Assembly: GCF_004010195.1 (NCBI RefSeq)
Contig: NW_025214960.1
Location: forward strand, 1 to 34,460
Length of the DNA stretch: 34,460 bases
Origin: Chiloscyllium plagiosum
Lineage: Eukaryota
Reading direction: 5' to 3'
Positions within the stretch are counted from its first letter, which is position 1. Each line of letters starts with the position of its first letter. Of the stretch, positions 31,186-34,460 are shown one piece after another. Made by a program: the position numbers and the translations under genes. Under the pieces are notes generated by a model. The model saw only the letters and a program-made list of their open reading frames with translations. It searched no databases and was not told the DNA's origin.

Positions 31186-31289
31186 AAACAACAGCTTAGT
31201 ACCAAACGTGTCATGACTAACGTTTCAGCATCGCTTCACTTCAGGCACTTACCCCTAGCGCATTCAATGCGAACTTAGCATAATTTAAA

Positions 31290-31765
31290 AAGTGTTTACA
31301 AAGATTAGCGAGGTTTGCACGGTTTGGACATTAGCAAGAAGCTCAATAGGCTACGACAGTTTTCCCGGCAGCTTCATGGCTGAGGGATAGCCTTAGAAAA
31401 GTTTATAAATTCATGAAGGAAACGGATAGAGAACATATTCAAGCAGTACTTTTTCACAAGGCACGCAAGTTCCAAGCTGGATAGCATAGTTATAATGTGG
31501 GAGCGGTAGAAGTTTAAAGGGATGTGAGGGACACTTGCTTTTCACACAGAAATCTTTTTGCATGTGGAATGAATTGCACATTTAGTCGCATAGTTTGGTG
31601 CACTCATGACATTTCAAAGGTAGCTGGATTGGTAGACAGGAAGGATTCGGAGAGATACTGGACAACTATTGGCAAATATGTTTAGATTATTTACGGTTAT
31701 TTGTTAACAAGGGGCAAGTTGGGTTGGAAGATTTGCTTCCGTGTTCGGCAACTCTGACACGCTCC
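31290..31765 (+). mobile_element. Old CR1 ORF2 C-terminus and 3' UTR
   Basis: LRKVYKFMKETDR and FTQKSFCMWNEL remnants followed by a CR1-like tail. Confidence 0.75.
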
Positions 31766-31829
31766 AATTGCTGACACAATTTTGAATATACTATTTGCAA
31801 AAGCGCATGTTGTTTGTAACTCAGTGAAA

Positions 31830-32541
31830 TTGTTTGTGTTTTTTTTTGCTGGAGGCTGGATGGTTTGGACCGACCCAGAGATGAAGATTTTCTGGACTTT
31901 TTCTGCCAATGACCACTCTCCTTGACACATTCCCAATTTCTCCACCAAAGGTTTTGGTTGATAAAAAAAAACCTCACAAATCGTGTTACCCACTCAGCTC
32001 TCCAGCGAATCCAATAAATGAGTTTTCTTAACGTGGAGCAGAAGCAAAACTGAAAAGGCAGAAACATGATCAGTCACACCGAATCATGAATTCTGTCTGT
32101 GAGGCAGTACGAGTCGTGTATGTCATGAACTGCTCACACAAATCACAGCGGCGCAATTCCAAACGTTGCTTCAAGGCATACTGGAGATTTAGTGCATTGC
32201 CAAGTCCCAGAAAGTGCTCAAGTAACAGCAAATAAAGCAGAACAACAATGAACCATGAAAAGTGAAGATGAACAATTACTTTTTCGATTAAATTGGGTTA
32301 ACAATGCCCTGGTGCCTCCATCTGATCGAGAAAGCCAAACGCCAGCATCCCTGGCCAGGACAGTAATTCAGGAAATGAGAGAAATATAACAACGTTTCAA
32401 TCCCGATTTCCCACCGTTTCGCCACTGTAAAAAAAAAACAGCGAGCAGATTCAATGCAGGATTTGGCTTCACAACGGTGGTGAAATTACGACCTCCATTA
32501 ACTTTCAGGAAAAACGGTGAACAACGCAAACTGTCTGGAAT
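31830..32541 (+). repeat. Dispersed duplication block A'
   Basis: Paralog of 20205-20900. Confidence 0.9.
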
Positions 32542-33219
32542 GTGAATACCAAGTGCAGGCTGTTTGGGTCCCGTATTCTACTGCTGCACCGACTTTCATA
32601 TGAAAAGGTACCTGTCAAGGAGGGCGTTTGTGGCTTTTCACTGACAGTGGCAGCTGTTGTCTTCACTCTTACTACCGTCTTTGGTACTGTAGGATTTGGT
32701 ATCCTTACCTTGCACACGGGAGTACTGGGTGCAATTCTCTGCTTCGGAATAGCGGAGTGTTCTGAAGCAGAAAGGTGTGATGCTCGGGTGCCTCTGGAGT
32801 TATTGTTGGAAAGTTCGGTGGAGCTGGGAAGATGGCTTGCTGCCTTTTCCTCACCTTTTTTTGGTGACATGCTCGGGGCTGCAGAGGCTCCTGTGAAGTT
32901 CTGCTCTCCTGTTTTGGTACGAATTCATTTGGTTTCGTTCCCGCTGCTTCCGGTTTTAGGGACTGCAGATTGGTTCCTGATCAAATTGTTTATTGATGGA
33001 ATCCGTGGATGAGTGCCCTGTTTCCAGAAATTCTCCGGCTGCCTTCTGTTTGCCCTGTCCTTTTACTGTTGTGCTGTTCTCAATGACCTTGTGGCCCTTG
33101 CCATCTGTAGGTATTGCTACTCGGGACAGCTCGTCCATTGCACATGAACTTCGCAACGAGGATATGCCATGCGGTAATTTTACAATCATGCGTCCCTGTA
33201 TTTAAAAAAAAATCTGTGA

Positions 33220-33875
33220 AACGATATCCAGACTCCTCCGACCCCTTGATCTCTCTATTCCTCCACATTGCCAAGTATTCTGCCTTTTAACCTTTATTCT
33301 GCATTCAAATTCGACCTTCCAGAATGATTCACTTTAGACTTTTCCAGATTGTATCCATCTCCCACTTCCAGCCCATCTCTGCGTCCTGTCAATGTCCCAT
33401 TGCACCCTACAACATCCCACCACATTACCCATTACTCCATCAACTTTCGTGTGATTGGCAAACTTACTAACCCACTTTCCAACATCAACATCCAAGTAAT
33501 TTATAAAATCACAAAACGCAGAGTCCCAGAGCCGATTGTTACAAACACTACTAGTCACTGAGCTACAGGCTCACTACTGTCCATTTGTTGCTACCCGATG
33601 TCTTCTCTGGGCCATCCAATCCAGTATCCAGACAAACAGACTTCCCTGTATCCCATGACTCCTTATTTTCTGAATGAGCCATCAACGTATTCTGTCACAT
33701 CCTCAATGAAGTCAATAAGGTTTGTGAATCATGATCTGCCCCTCACAATCCCATGCTCACTGTCTCTAATTTAACAGTGGTTTTTCAAGTAGTCATAAAC
33801 CCTGTATCTCAGAGTCCTCTCCAATAATCTGCACACCACAGTCATTAGACTGAATCTGTAATTCCCAGGATTCTA
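33220..33875 (-). mobile_element. CR1 RT fragment
   Basis: ORF 33334-33558: FINYLDVDVGKWVSKFANHTKV...VQWDIDR (decayed INDL...SKFADDTK...LQxDID). GNYR and QHG remnants lie upstream. Confidence 0.85.
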
Positions 33876-33929
33876 CCTCCATAACATGGCCCGTACTCTA
33901 CAAATCTACCCTCCTCTGCCATATTCCCC

Positions 33930-34460
33930 AGAAGGGCATTGGAGGGTGGTAGGGATTACAGAGATAGTGAGGCATATCAGGACAGGAGGATTTTGCAGAC
34001 ATTAGGAGATTTGCAGTGCCAAAAGCAGGCTTCAGTAATTGCAAGGTTTCATGATGATGAAGACATTTGAGGCGGAAGGGAGGGAGGATTTTCGGAAGTT
34101 GAGAGATTTCACATTTTAGGTGTTTTGTTAGGACGGCAAGTGGTTACTGAGTTGGGGATATTTAAGCCCTGGTAGATATTACAGAAACATGATTTTGGTA
34201 GCAATGTTAGGAAGAGGATTCAGGAAACTGGAGAGTATGTGGTCTGAACGAGGTTACAAAAATGGGAAAAGTTGTCAGGAGTGGAGGTTTATACAAGACA
34301 GCAATAGTTTGATCTGGGGAAGAGAACCCAGATTGGAAGGGTTGTGGGGACTAGAGGTGGTTTCGCAGTGAAGGACGACCATAGAGCCACAGGATGTTAC
34401 AGGAATGTGGAGAGCTGTAGGGCTGAAAGGGGTTCATGGAGTTGGGAATGTTGGGAGGGA
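33930..34460 (-). mobile_element. Probable old L2-like LINE fragment
   Basis: Strong G/A skew on + (C/T-rich minus strand) and a minus-strand PHYLCNP remnant typical of L2 C-termini. No catalytic motif recognised. Confidence 0.35.

Noticed and set aside
1..34460. Prokaryotic systems (CRISPR array, operon, defence island)
   Set aside because: No regularly spaced repeat-spacer array and no dense ORF packing. The content is vertebrate retroelements and pseudogenes.

Overview
Eukaryotic, repeat-rich genomic DNA, almost certainly from an elasmobranch (shark), as inferred from HE1-type SINEs and shark-type CR1 and Penelope elements. I can support no intact protein-coding gene. Contents: (1) a decayed C2H2 zinc-finger array (~110-1060, minus); (2) at least six degenerate tRNA genes of different isotypes (Thr, Glu, intron-containing Arg-TCT, Leu x2, Lys, plus weaker Val/Glu relics), i.e. 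a fossil tRNA/ZNF cluster; (3) a near-full-length dead CR1 LINE (6103-11575) interrupted by a compound Penelope-like (PLE) insertion. That insertion has two terminal repeats, each with a minimal hammerhead ribozyme motif, and an inverted copy of the target DNA between them; (4) a ~6.1 kb internally deleted epsilon/gamma-like endogenous retrovirus (14013-20120; LTR-gag-pro-pol-env-LTR). It has a candidate 2H-phosphoesterase domain between protease and RT, and its 3' LTR has captured an inverted 37-nt piece of neighbouring host DNA; (5) two dispersed old duplications, many CR1/L2/SINE/PLE fragments and a C45 tract. All identities are by-eye estimates and no database searches were run.
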